NCBI GenBank assembly: GCA_963662355.1
Contig: OY759361.1
Span: 1,386,265-1,450,264, forward strand
Direction of reading: 5' to 3'
DNA: 64,000 nucleotides
Origin: Gammaproteobacteria bacterium
GTDB taxonomy: Bacteria > Pseudomonadota > Gammaproteobacteria > UBA4575
Shown here: piece by piece, positions 9,603-19,074 of the stretch
Layout of the letters: every line of letters starts with the position of its first letter
Position numbering within the stretch: the stretch's first letter is position 1
Notes under the pieces: model-generated
The model's input: the letters and a program-made list of their open reading frames with translations, nothing else
Databases searched by the model: none
What the model was told of the DNA's origin: nothing
Position numbers and translations under genes: made by a program

Positions 9603-10023
9603 TCTTGCAAGTCAACTTGGCTATAAAGAGGCATGTGAAATTCTGCAGCAACATGTATCCGGAACTAAAGTTACTCAAGACGTGCTTACGATTGTAGTAA
9701 ACGAAGGAGTTCATCACATGCCTGAAGAATATCTTTTTGGAGAAGTCTTCTATGCGAGTGCAGGAAATTTGAACTTTTCGTCTGAAATTACAGTGTATGA
9801 GGAATATCAAAATGTACTATCAAATGTTGCTCGCAAGCTCAAAAGCAAACCATGGAAACACATATACATTGTTCCATTTGGGCCTAGCACATTAAGTATG
9901 CAAATAAAGCTATTGGTTTATAGAATTACTAGAATCGACTCTATTGATTTATTTTATTTAGGTGATGGAGAGTATTTCACTTTAGAGTTGGATCAAAGAA
10001 ATATTATTGTTTCAGTAGATTGA
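9586..10023 (+). CDS. hypothetical protein, translationally coupled to the 8847-9602 gene
   Basis: 145-aa ORF. RBS GAGAGGGAG lies inside the upstream gene's 3' end. Confidence 0.5.
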   Translation: MSRLDDLASQLGYKEACEILQQHVSGTKVTQDVLTIVVNEGVHHMPEEYLFGEVFYASAGNLNFSSEITVYEEYQNVLSNVARKLKSKPWKHIYIVPFGPSTLSMQIKLLVYRITRIDSIDLFYLGDGEYFTLELDQRNIIVSVD

Positions 10024-10131
10024 GTCGGTCTTTTATACGTAAACTTGGCGCAATAGATTTGAAGCTCCATGAATCGAGAGAAAAGCGTTTCTTTTACTAG
10101 ACCCCAGTCGTGATTTTTCAATGGCTTATCA

Positions 10132-10171
10132 TTTTTGTTGCAAATTATTTGATCTTTATCTGCAACAAAAA
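10132..10171. repeat. inverted repeat TTTTTGTTGCA-N18-TGCAACAAAAA
   Basis: Perfect 11-bp arms. Located about 110 nt downstream of the 9586-10023 gene. Candidate terminator or operator. Confidence 0.4.
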
Positions 10172-10667
10172 GGCAAGCCGCAATACTAGGTGACAACATC
10201 ATAGGTAATCTCACCAGCCAGCTACATTAAATCAATAGATAACAATGCTAGCTTACATAATCGCAAGCATTCGATTTCTTTGGGTGTCATTATGGTGTGT
10301 CGTCATTCAAGCAAGAGGCAAAATACGTCTCATTTAACGAGTGTTTGGAGAACCGTCTTGTTATTTTCTTGCCAGCATAGAGGTGATCCACAGCATCTCA
10401 CTTAGATAGACTGAAGTCATCTGGAAGCCAGTATGTCGTATCTCTACATTCCAAGCAATGTATAGAATTCATACTATGCCGATGACTTTTGTTGCGGTGT
10501 CTGACAATCATTGCAAAGCTGGCGTGAATCCTGGTGGCTGAGTACTACGTAATAGGAATGTTTGAAAACTATTGTAGATGGCTATTCGTTTCAACATGAA
10601 AAGGTAATTTCTATGTTGTGCACATTTACGCGGTAAATGGTTTGTAACTCAAGTTACAGGATAAGAG

Positions 10668-11828
10668 ATGTCTTACAGATACACTAATATTCGAATTGTT
10701 AATCCAAGTTTGGGTTTGGACAAGATTGTGTATAGACGGTTTTGGTTATGGTGGGCAGCACATGCTGCAGCAGAAGAAACTCTGCAAGGGGGGCCAATAA
10801 TTTCGGCTTGGTTAAAGTTATTTCAAACACATTTGAGTGACTCAGATGTTAGGAATTTACGTTGGCGGGACAATCTTGCAGGAAGCTCGGAGATGAGGCG
10901 GGCGTACTCTGCAATGTATGGTCGTTACTTTGGCCGTGCTTTTATAGCCAGCATGTTAGGAATAACAGATTTCGTTCCTCTTAGCTCAAAAGTTACTTCT
11001 ATAACAGGGGGAGTAACTGTAAGCCGAAAAACTAAGGGAGACATTCCTGATTGGATAGCATGGGACTCGGTAGCCAAATCTTATATTCTTGCAGAGGCAA
11101 AAGGCAGGTTGACCGGAAATGAGAAGAGTTTTTTGTACGGCATGCCTGCTTGTATTAAATCAGGTAAGGCTCAATTTGGAAGGGTAGAAGTTAGGGATTC
11201 ACACGCAAGAAAGATCAAAACGTGCAATTGGGTAGTAGCGAATCTCTGGGCTACCGAGAATCGAGGTAGAAGATCAGTTTCATTATTGTGGGACCCGGTT
11301 GAGAACGGAGAAAAACTCTTCGCTGAAGAAATACCACAACATGCAATTGCGATTCGCAGGCACCGTATAAAAAATATTGCGATGGGACTTGGGCGATCGA
11401 AGTTATTGCAGCTAGGCGCAAAGGAGACGGGGCTGACCTTACGTATATCTATAGAGCCATCGAAAGCTGGAGTGCTAGATTCTTTCACAGATGACATGTT
11501 ACTGGGGCTTTCTGAAAAGTTCGAGAGTACCAACCTTCCAGCAATTGAGAAGTCGTCTCAGGAACGACATGAAGATGTATACGTTGCTGCACTTATCACG
11601 CCTCTTGGAGTTCGCCCAATACTTGATTTATTAGATCTTGAAGCTGCACGTAATGTTCAAAGGCAGGTACGTAAGGCTAACGAAGCCGCTATGATTTATG
11701 GTCTTTCAACTAATGCACTGACGACATTGGAATACAATCAAGCGCTATGGTTGTCAGATGGTGGGATAGTTTCATCTGACGGAGCTGGCTTGTTTAATAT
11801 AAAAGAGATCGAATTTGACGAGTCATGA
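10668..11828 (+). CDS. hypothetical protein with candidate PD-(D/E)xK nuclease core
   Basis: 386-aa ORF. The motif DIPDWIAWD is followed after 13 aa by ILAEAKG, giving the PD ... ExK spacing typical of the restriction-endonuclease fold. Confidence 0.5.
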   Translation: MSYRYTNIRIVNPSLGLDKIVYRRFWLWWAAHAAAEETLQGGPIISAWLKLFQTHLSDSDVRNLRWRDNLAGSSEMRRAYSAMYGRYFGRAFIASMLGITDFVPLSSKVTSITGGVTVSRKTKGDIPDWIAWDSVAKSYILAEAKGRLTGNEKSFLYGMPACIKSGKAQFGRVEVRDSHARKIKTCNWVVANLWATENRGRRSVSLLWDPVENGEKLFAEEIPQHAIAIRRHRIKNIAMGLGRSKLLQLGAKETGLTLRISIEPSKAGVLDSFTDDMLLGLSEKFESTNLPAIEKSSQERHEDVYVAALITPLGVRPILDLLDLEAARNVQRQVRKANEAAMIYGLSTNALTTLEYNQALWLSDGGIVSSDGAGLFNIKEIEFDES

Positions 11829-12350
11829 GGTAATTTGAGCGTAGTATCTGCAACAAATTACTGAGTTATGCCTAATATCAAGCCTTTAGGTATGTGAAAA
11901 AAGGAATTAGACAGGAAAGGAGTTTATTGAAGAGCACAGATATCAGATGAAATACAGGGAAATAAGTCAGAAGCTCGCATACAGCTTAATACTTTATTTG
12001 GGTAGGACTAAACAGGTTCTGCATTTTAAAGTTGGAAGATTGACCACCTTGGCCTGAAACCGTTGTTCAGTAATTTCATAAAGGTCTGCGTACACACTCA
12101 GATAACTTGACATGTAATGTGCGAATGAGACTGTATTATGATTACTCACAAATGTGCTGACTTAAGCCAAACTGGCAACTTAGGAATATCTCTGGGTTGT
12201 GTAATCCGTTACAAAGGAGGGTAAGCCAAATAGCAATTTGGTGTAGGTTCAATTCCCGAATTATGCCGAAAAATTCGACAGTGTTTTTAGCAGTATATTT
12301 GAAATAAATTAATCTATTAAGCATTTTAAATACGATAGATTATAAATATA

Positions 12351-12377
12351 GTTCAAGTCCGGTTATGGCTCCATTTG
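12351..12377 (+). repeat. copy B of the tRNA-3'-end-like direct repeat (GTTCAAGTCCGGTTATGGCTCCATTTG)
   Basis: T-loop-like TTCAAGT, followed by CCGGT and then TATGGCTCCA. Lacks a 5' half, so it is not a complete tRNA. Confidence 0.45.
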
Positions 12378-12616
12378 AACAGTCCGAGAACGTCCGAAGA
12401 AATCTGAAAATGCCCTGTAAAGGATGACTGATTGTTCAAGGAATTCGCTGCTAAGTTCTCTCTTGGAAGGTATGCACAATTTCACCGTTTGATTGTCCAA
12501 TGAATTTCAAGGGAGTTTAAGTTGTATTATTATCAAGGTAGAAGATAAAAGAATGTATCGCTTACACTGGAAATCCAGCTTTTGAAGCACCAACACAATG
12601 ATAAAAAAAGTCTTCA

Positions 12617-13144
12617 ATGATTGTTCGAGGGTATTTTAAAGACGACGAAGATATCGGCTCCCAATGGGAACAGCATGCAGTGTATGACGAGGCACTTAGT
12701 ATCATCGTATCGAGCTGTAACCGGCACACTAATTTTGCACGATCTCTTCTGGAAGATTCCCGCCATAAGACATGGGGAACAATCAATTGCTACGATCACA
12801 GGACGCTTCAGGATGCACACGACCTTCTCGCTGCAGCATGGCGATATCAGGATGGAGGGAGTTATCGGCAGGGTAAACTACCCTTTGAAGGCGGGGATCC
12901 TTTCGATGAGGTTGAGGTGCTCTGGCTCAACTGGCTTCGCCATGAGGTAGATGGATGGACCGCTAGGCCACACTTGATCCGTTCGGTTCAGATAATTTTG
13001 TCCAATCAAAATAAGCCACTGGGGTATATGACCGAGTCGAAACTCTGCCTGGATATCTTAGACCGGTTTTCAAATATGCCGTGGGACCGTAGATTATGTG
13101 AAGCACATGAACAGGACCTGTATCAGGAAAGTGCTGTAGAGTGA
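12617..13144 (+). CDS. hypothetical protein
   Basis: 175-aa ORF with no obvious RBS and no recognised motif. Confidence 0.35.
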   Translation: MIVRGYFKDDEDIGSQWEQHAVYDEALSIIVSSCNRHTNFARSLLEDSRHKTWGTINCYDHRTLQDAHDLLAAAWRYQDGGSYRQGKLPFEGGDPFDEVEVLWLNWLRHEVDGWTARPHLIRSVQIILSNQNKPLGYMTESKLCLDILDRFSNMPWDRRLCEAHEQDLYQESAVE

Positions 13145-13386
13145 TAAAGTCAGGCTAGTAAACACTCAAAGCACGCTCAAATGCTATGTCCCGTATTGTT
13201 CTGGTGCTCCAAGAGGACTTCGAAGCATTGGTAGCCCTGAGATAGAGCACAAACAACTCACGACAGGCCACATTGTCCGATTGTGAACAAATCCAGGCGG
13301 GAAGTGATCAAAAAGGATTGATAGGCGTACGTTACGAACACGGGTAAGCCAAAATCACAATTCAAAGTAAACTCAAGCACGGTTTC

Positions 13387-14544
13387 TTGTCCGGCGTCCT
13401 CTTTGCAGCGGTGCTCGTGGCTTACTTTTTCTTTTTCTACATGCCAAGAGATCAGGATGCAAAACGCAACTCGATCAACTTTGATCAGGTTGCAATCGAC
13501 CCCTATACGCACAAGCTCCACAATTCCCTGTTTATTGCTGACTTGCATGCAGACTCCTTGCTCTGGGCTCGTGATTTAAAAAAAGGGCACGGGTATGGTC
13601 ACGTCGATATCCCTCGCATGCTGCAAGGAAATCTTGGCCTGCAGGTTTTCTCCATTGTCACCAAGTCGCCAAAAAACCTGAATTTGTTTGAAAACGATGA
13701 CCGCACGGACAACATCAAGTTACTGTCCATTGCCCAGCGCTGGCCTGTGTACACATGGAACAGCCTGTACGGACGCGCCACATACCAGTCACAAAAACTC
13801 CATGATTTGCAGGCTGCAGTACCATCTTTTCGCATCATCAAATATAAAGAGGACTTGCAGCAGTTCATCGTAGACAAGCAATCACGGAATAGACTTGCTG
13901 CCGGGATACTGAGCCTGGAAGGTGGGCATGCCTTGGAAGGTGACTTGGAGAATGTTGAAAGACTGTTTGATGCGGGAGTCAGGATCATTGGCTTTGCTCA
14001 TTTTTTCGACAACCGCCTGGGCGGATCCGCACACGGCCTCAATAAAGGAGGCATCACGGATTTCGGGCTAAAGGTATTGAAGGAAATGGAGCGTTTAAAC
14101 ATTCTTGTCGATATCGCCCATGCATCACCCGCTTTAATTGATGACATATTCACACACACTGCCCGTCCTGTTATCGCCACTCATACGGGTGTTCAAGCCA
14201 TTTGCAATCGCTCTCCAAGAAACCTCACTGACGAGCAAATCAAGCAGATTGTCGACAGCAATGGAGTCGTTGGAATCGGGTTTTGGACAGATGCGATCTG
14301 TACCTCACAGGTCAAGGGTATAGTCGATACCATCCGCTACGTCACTGACCTGGTCGGCGAAGACTATGTAGCTCTGGGTTCAGACTTCGACGGTAATGTA
14401 CAGACACCGTTTGATGCGGCCCATATGATCGTGTTGACCCAGGCTTTGCTGGATGCAGGGTTCACAGAGTCACAAATAAAGAAAGTGATGGGAGATAACG
14501 TAAGGCGCCTTTTGCTGGAAAACTTGCCTGCGAGGATGCACTAA
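13387..14544 (+). CDS. membrane dipeptidase (peptidase M19 / renal dipeptidase family)
   Basis: N-terminal hydrophobic anchor, then IADLHADSL (similar to the DGHxD box), HVDIPR, DIAHAS, and the family hallmark LGSDFDG. The start could be TTG at 13387 or ATG at 13441. Confidence 0.65.
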   Translation: MSGVLFAAVLVAYFFFFYMPRDQDAKRNSINFDQVAIDPYTHKLHNSLFIADLHADSLLWARDLKKGHGYGHVDIPRMLQGNLGLQVFSIVTKSPKNLNLFENDDRTDNIKLLSIAQRWPVYTWNSLYGRATYQSQKLHDLQAAVPSFRIIKYKEDLQQFIVDKQSRNRLAAGILSLEGGHALEGDLENVERLFDAGVRIIGFAHFFDNRLGGSAHGLNKGGITDFGLKVLKEMERLNILVDIAHASPALIDDIFTHTARPVIATHTGVQAICNRSPRNLTDEQIKQIVDSNGVVGIGFWTDAICTSQVKGIVDTIRYVTDLVGEDYVALGSDFDGNVQTPFDAAHMIVLTQALLDAGFTESQIKKVMGDNVRRLLLENLPARMH

Positions 14545-14892
14545 TATTGAGTACAGTTGTCCTGTGTGCCAGCGAGCGGACATGCAGCACCTCGAGCTCG
14601 CTGTATGCTTGCTGGTGAACACTGAGGGAGACAATGGTGTCGGAAAATGTTGGGCATACATCCCTGAATAGGGAAGCAGGTAGCATCTCATAAAATCAGG
14701 ACAATTCAGTTGAAATTTGCTATGTATAGACCCGGGTGAAGGACAGGCGATGATGAAGACAAGGTACATTATGTCGATGTTGGGTATTGCGATAACATCG
14801 ATAGCCGCAGAAAGCTGATGCGTGCTGGCCTGTTTCACAGCGTAGTTCGGATCTATGTGCTTGAGAAATAAATATCGGGTTGGAGAAAACCA

Positions 14893-15162
14893 ATGAATTC
14901 CAGTGACGCTCAACCGGTCAAGGTGACAATCTATGTTGGCGACAAGCAGGTCGAAACCCTGTCCTATTACTCCGGTGGAGAATGGAATGAGGATTCACAA
15001 CTGGATAATACCCTCACTGAATTTATTGCATACCTGAAGTATCAGCTAAAGGATTCATTGCCCACCCAGGAAATGCAGCACAAGATCATAGACAGAAAAG
15101 AATACGATGCATTGGAACATCTCGCGGCAGACGTCTTGTATGTAGTCAGGGAAGGTGAATGA
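14893..15162 (+). CDS. hypothetical small protein
   Basis: 89-aa ORF with RBS-like GGAGAAAA. Confidence 0.35.
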   Translation: MNSSDAQPVKVTIYVGDKQVETLSYYSGGEWNEDSQLDNTLTEFIAYLKYQLKDSLPTQEMQHKIIDRKEYDALEHLAADVLYVVREGE

Positions 15163-15482
15163 GTGACAGCACCCACTGCTCAATGCAACCGGAATTGAGG
15201 GAAAGCACGTGAGCGGGACAATATTCCTGCACAGGGGAGAATATTCGGCCCTGCCGACGACTAGGGTGGCATACCCGTGATTGCCTGCAATAGGTAGTTT
15301 CCCACCGCCCAGGTGGAAGCAGTCTCTGCCGTGATGCAGGGAGTAGAGGCGATTGGCCCTGACAAAAAAGATATTCAAACTGGACCTTTCCAGGCTGATA
15401 TGTTGCAATCGCATGAAACAATCTGCAAAATCTTGACCAGCAATTGTGTTGACCTCTTAAGCATTCAATCATCAATAGGGAG

Positions 15483-18053
15483 GTGACCGGTTTGGACTCT
15501 AAGTTGATCACTTCAATCCTGTCCTGTGCGTCAGGAACACTGCTCGCAGCGTTGCTGTACATGCCGGTCGGCCTGCAAGCCGAGGAGCCTGCGGAACTGT
15601 CTGTCGAGCTTCCGGAAATCAGCGTGATCGGCTCGAGACGACCGGTCCGCGCAGCGGTGGATGCACCCTCGGCGGTGGACATCATCAGTTCGGAGGACCT
15701 CAGCAACCAGGGGACGAGCCAGGTGCCCGAACTGCTGCGCAAGCTGGTGCCGTCCTACAACGTAGGCACCCAGCCGATCAGCGACGCTGCAACCTTCATC
15801 CGTCCGGCCAATTTGCGCGGCCTCGCCTCAGACCAGACGCTGGTGCTGGTGAATGGCAAGCGCAGACATCGCGCGGCGGTCATCTCATGGCTTGGCAACG
15901 GCGTCTCGGAAGGTGCCCAGGGGCCCGACATCAGCGTCATCCCGGCGATCGCGCTGAAGCGGGTCGAAGTGCTGCGTGATACCGCCTCCGCACAATACGG
16001 TTCCGATGCGATTGCGGGCGTGATCAACTTCGTGCTCAAGGACCGCCCGCAAGGCGGTATCGTCGAGGCCCAATGGGGTCAGACCTACACCGGCGACGGC
16101 GATGAATATCGGGTTGCCGGCAACCTGGGCATACCGCTTGGTACCAACGGCTTCGCCAATATCAGCGCCCAGTGGCACGAGATGTGGCCGACGGTGCGCA
16201 GTGTGCAGCGTGGCGATGCACAGGGCCTGATCGACCATGGCAACCTCGTTGTTCGCCAGCCGTACGCCCAGGTCTGGGGACAGCCTGACGTCGATGATGA
16301 CTACACCGTTTTCCTGAATTCTGGTGTGGAAGTCAGCGAGCAGGCCGAGCTCTACGCCTTCGGCAACGCTTCAGAGCGCGAGACCGAAGGCGGGTTCTTC
16401 TTCCGCAATCCAAATACCCGCAGCGGCGTGTTCATTGTGGAAAATGATCAGGGAAACTACCGCCTGCCTCTTGCCCCGGGCTGCCCGGGGTATGATGATC
16501 CTCCAGGGCGCATCCTCGTGACGGATGACAACGAGCTGTTTGACTGGACGCCGTATCCGGGGTGTTTCTTCAACGAGCGCTTCCCGGGCGGTTTCACGCC
16601 CAAGTTCGGTGCCGAAGTCAGCGACGCTTCAGGTGTGGCGGGTCTTCGCGGGGAGTTTGATTCAGGCCTGACCTATGACGCCAGCTACTCGATCGGCGAG
16701 AGCGAGGCCGAATTCACTATTCGCAACACCATCAATGCGAGCCTGGGTCTGGCGACGCCGGCGGAATTCAGTCTTGGCAAGTACACGCAGACCGAGCAGA
16801 CCCTGAGCCTGGACATGACCCGTCCGATCGAGACGACGTCTTTTGCATCGCCCCTGTACGCTGCATTCGGGGTTGAATGGCGTGAGGAGGAGTTTGAGGT
16901 CAGCGCGGGCGAAGAGGCTTCATGGGTTGACGGACTGATTCCGGATGCCGGCGTCGGCGCCAACGGTTTCTCGGGGTTCTCCCCGGTCGCCGCCGCGGGC
17001 AAGTGGGACCGTTCCAACGTCGCTGCGTATGTCGAGTTCGAGGCGGACGTCACGGATGCGCTCACCCTGGCCGTGATGGGCCGCATCGAGGACCACGAGG
17101 ATTACGACACAACCGAGGATTTCAAGCTCGGTGCAATTTTCAGGGCCACGGACAATGTCAGCCTGCGTGGTTCGGCCAGCACTGGCTTTCGCGTCCCGAC
17201 CGTGGGGCAGGAGAATGTCGCAAACGTCACAACAGCGTTTATCCTGGATTCGCAAGGCAGGAATCAGTTGACGCAGCGGGGCACGATTCCCTCGAAATGT
17301 CCGGAGGCTGCGGCAGTGGGCGCGGAGAAACTCGAAGCTGAGGAGTCCGTTACGTACACGGCGGGCTTTGGTCTGGAAATGAATTCGGTCTCGTTCACCG
17401 TGGATGCGTACCAAATCGAAGTCGATGACCGTCTCGGCCTGTCCGCGGACAAGACGCTGACCGCTGCACAGAAAGCGGCGATCGGCAAAAGCGGATGCTT
17501 CCCCGCCACCGACGTAAGCAATTTTCGCTTCTTCGGCAACGGGTTCGACACGCGCACCCGCGGGATCGATCTGGTTACGAGCCTTGACATGACGGACCGG
17601 CTGCCGCTACTGCACGGCGGCAAGACGGAGCTTGTATTCGTGGGCAACTACAACGACACCGAAGTCACCAGCCACAATTCGGAGTTCATTGGTGAGCAAC
17701 GCATCAAGCAACTGGAGGACGCGCTGCCGAAGCTGCGTTTCAACGTGACGTTGCGACATGACAGGGAACGGTGGGGTGGCTTTGCGCGCGTGAATTTCTT
17801 TGGCAGCTATGAGGAGTTCCACGCCGACAGCGCAGATTTCTTCATTGAGCCGGACGAGGAATTCACGCTGGACGCCGAGGTAAGCTACCGTCCGGCAGAC
17901 GGATTCGAACTGAGCATCGGGGCGGAGAATATCTTCGACAACTTTCCGGACAGGAACGAGTTTGCCGATGTGCTCGGTTCCAAGTATCCCGAATCCTCGC
18001 CGATGGGATTCTCGGGCGGGTTCTACTACGCCCGCGCCCGCTACCACTGGTAG
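15483..18053 (+). CDS. TonB-dependent outer-membrane receptor
   Basis: Signal peptide ending ...GLQA/EEP. Plug-domain blocks NLRGLASDQTLVLVNGKRR and IALKRVEVLRDTASAQYGSDAIAGVINFVLK. C-terminal aromatic residue ...RYHW. About 62% GC. The start could be GTG at 15483 or TTG at 15492. Confidence 0.85.
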   Translation: MTGLDSKLITSILSCASGTLLAALLYMPVGLQAEEPAELSVELPEISVIGSRRPVRAAVDAPSAVDIISSEDLSNQGTSQVPELLRKLVPSYNVGTQPISDAATFIRPANLRGLASDQTLVLVNGKRRHRAAVISWLGNGVSEGAQGPDISVIPAIALKRVEVLRDTASAQYGSDAIAGVINFVLKDRPQGGIVEAQWGQTYTGDGDEYRVAGNLGIPLGTNGFANISAQWHEMWPTVRSVQRGDAQGLIDHGNLVVRQPYAQVWGQPDVDDDYTVFLNSGVEVSEQAELYAFGNASERETEGGFFFRNPNTRSGVFIVENDQGNYRLPLAPGCPGYDDPPGRILVTDDNELFDWTPYPGCFFNERFPGGFTPKFGAEVSDASGVAGLRGEFDSGLTYDASYSIGESEAEFTIRNTINASLGLATPAEFSLGKYTQTEQTLSLDMTRPIETTSFASPLYAAFGVEWREEEFEVSAGEEASWVDGLIPDAGVGANGFSGFSPVAAAGKWDRSNVAAYVEFEADVTDALTLAVMGRIEDHEDYDTTEDFKLGAIFRATDNVSLRGSASTGFRVPTVGQENVANVTTAFILDSQGRNQLTQRGTIPSKCPEAAAVGAEKLEAEESVTYTAGFGLEMNSVSFTVDAYQIEVDDRLGLSADKTLTAAQKAAIGKSGCFPATDVSNFRFFGNGFDTRTRGIDLVTSLDMTDRLPLLHGGKTELVFVGNYNDTEVTSHNSEFIGEQRIKQLEDALPKLRFNVTLRHDRERWGGFARVNFFGSYEEFHADSADFFIEPDEEFTLDAEVSYRPADGFELSIGAENIFDNFPDRNEFADVLGSKYPESSPMGFSGGFYYARARYHW

Positions 18054-18306
18054 GTGCGCGCTGAATGCATGACCGGGTGTGCGGGGGCCAAGCACCTGAA
18101 TGCCCTGCCTTTTGAACTGAACCGGTGATCAGATGTGAAACCCCCATGGCAGGTTTGTACCAGGGGGCCATCATGAGCAAGCGGTTCGTGAGTCGGAGAA
18201 TATCAGCCTGTTACGGGTGGTCGAGGTCATGCTCAGCGGTGGCATGGGAGTGGTATGGACCTGGCGCAGTTTTGTCTTGTGGACTGGTTACTCTATGGAC
18301 TACGCT

Positions 18307-18332
18307 GTTTCAAGCCCGGTTATTCCATTTAG
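18307..18332 (+). repeat. copy C of the tRNA-3'-end-like direct repeat (GTTTCAAGCCCGGTTATTCCATTTAG)
   Basis: Shares the TTCAAG-CCGGTTAT core and the CCATTT tail with copy B. Confidence 0.35.
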
Positions 18333-18353
18333 ATTAATTGATCAGGAGAGAGT

Positions 18354-18854
18354 ATGAAAATAAAACGAACCGGTTTCATGGTAGTTATTTTAGGGTGCAT
18401 GTTGCTCACACACGGCACCTATGCTGAAAAGCCAAGTGATGCGTATGCGCTCAAAGGAATAACTCAAGGCAATGTTGTATGGGACGTGACCATTGGAAGT
18501 CCAGGCAAGCTGTTATTCTTATTAAAAGTCATTGAGGAAACGTATGATGATCTTGAAAGGCAAGATGTAGAACCAGACATGGTGTTCTTGTTTCATGGTC
18601 CAGTAATGAAGTTGATTTCGACAAATCCATTGGATTTGCCTCTCGATGAGGAAGAAGCCCGTGAACAGGCACTGGAGTTGATCAAGAAGATGAGCAACCT
18701 GCCCGGAGTGAGGATGGAATCGTGTTCAGTATCCGCACGCATATTAGGCATCGGCAACGACACCATCATTTCAGGAATAAAACCGGTTGGAAATACCTTT
18801 GTGTCGCAAATTGGGTATCAGCAAAAAGGGTATGCAATGATTCCGATTCATTAG
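18354..18854 (+). CDS. secreted protein, possibly DsrE/DsrF-like (YchN-fold) family
   Basis: Signal peptide MKIKRTGFMVVILGCMLLTHGTYA. The pattern VVWDVT...DMVFLFHGPV resembles DsrE-like proteins. RBS AGGAGAGAG. Confidence 0.4.
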   Translation: MKIKRTGFMVVILGCMLLTHGTYAEKPSDAYALKGITQGNVVWDVTIGSPGKLLFLLKVIEETYDDLERQDVEPDMVFLFHGPVMKLISTNPLDLPLDEEEAREQALELIKKMSNLPGVRMESCSVSARILGIGNDTIISGIKPVGNTFVSQIGYQQKGYAMIPIH

Positions 18855-19074
18855 GCAGATGTCCTGCCAGATCAGTGCTCCTGTTGCGCCACCTTGGTCC
18901 AATGTGTGTAGAGGCGCGTGCAAAGGGCTTGAGCCAATACACAGTCCAGACACCGGTCGGTATTGTGCCTGCGCTTGTCCTGTACTGGGTGTGCTGCACG
19001 CCAGGCAGCCAGAACGGGCCGGATACGCAAACCGAATGCCAAGTGGGGTCTGCCCGGAAAGGGTGGTCTGAGTA

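Noticed and set aside
15163-15482. Cobalamin or TPP riboswitch in the leader of the TonB-dependent receptor
   Set aside because: I could find GGGAAAG and GGTGGAAGC fragments but not the conserved B12-box (GCCACTG) or the TPP CUGAGA/ACCUGAUCUGGAUAAUGCCAGCG cores. The idea is kept only as an untested possibility under findings.
15146-18180. Numerous long antisense or overlapping ORFs (for example 15146-15742 -, 15885-16238 -, 16685-17086 -, 16920-17414 -, 17264-17647 -, 17607-18095 -, 17863-18180 -) within the TonB-receptor block
   Set aside because: They lie entirely inside the strongly supported TonB-dependent receptor gene in a roughly 60% GC segment where stop codons are rare. They have no RBS, and their products are low-complexity and Arg/Pro/Ala-rich.
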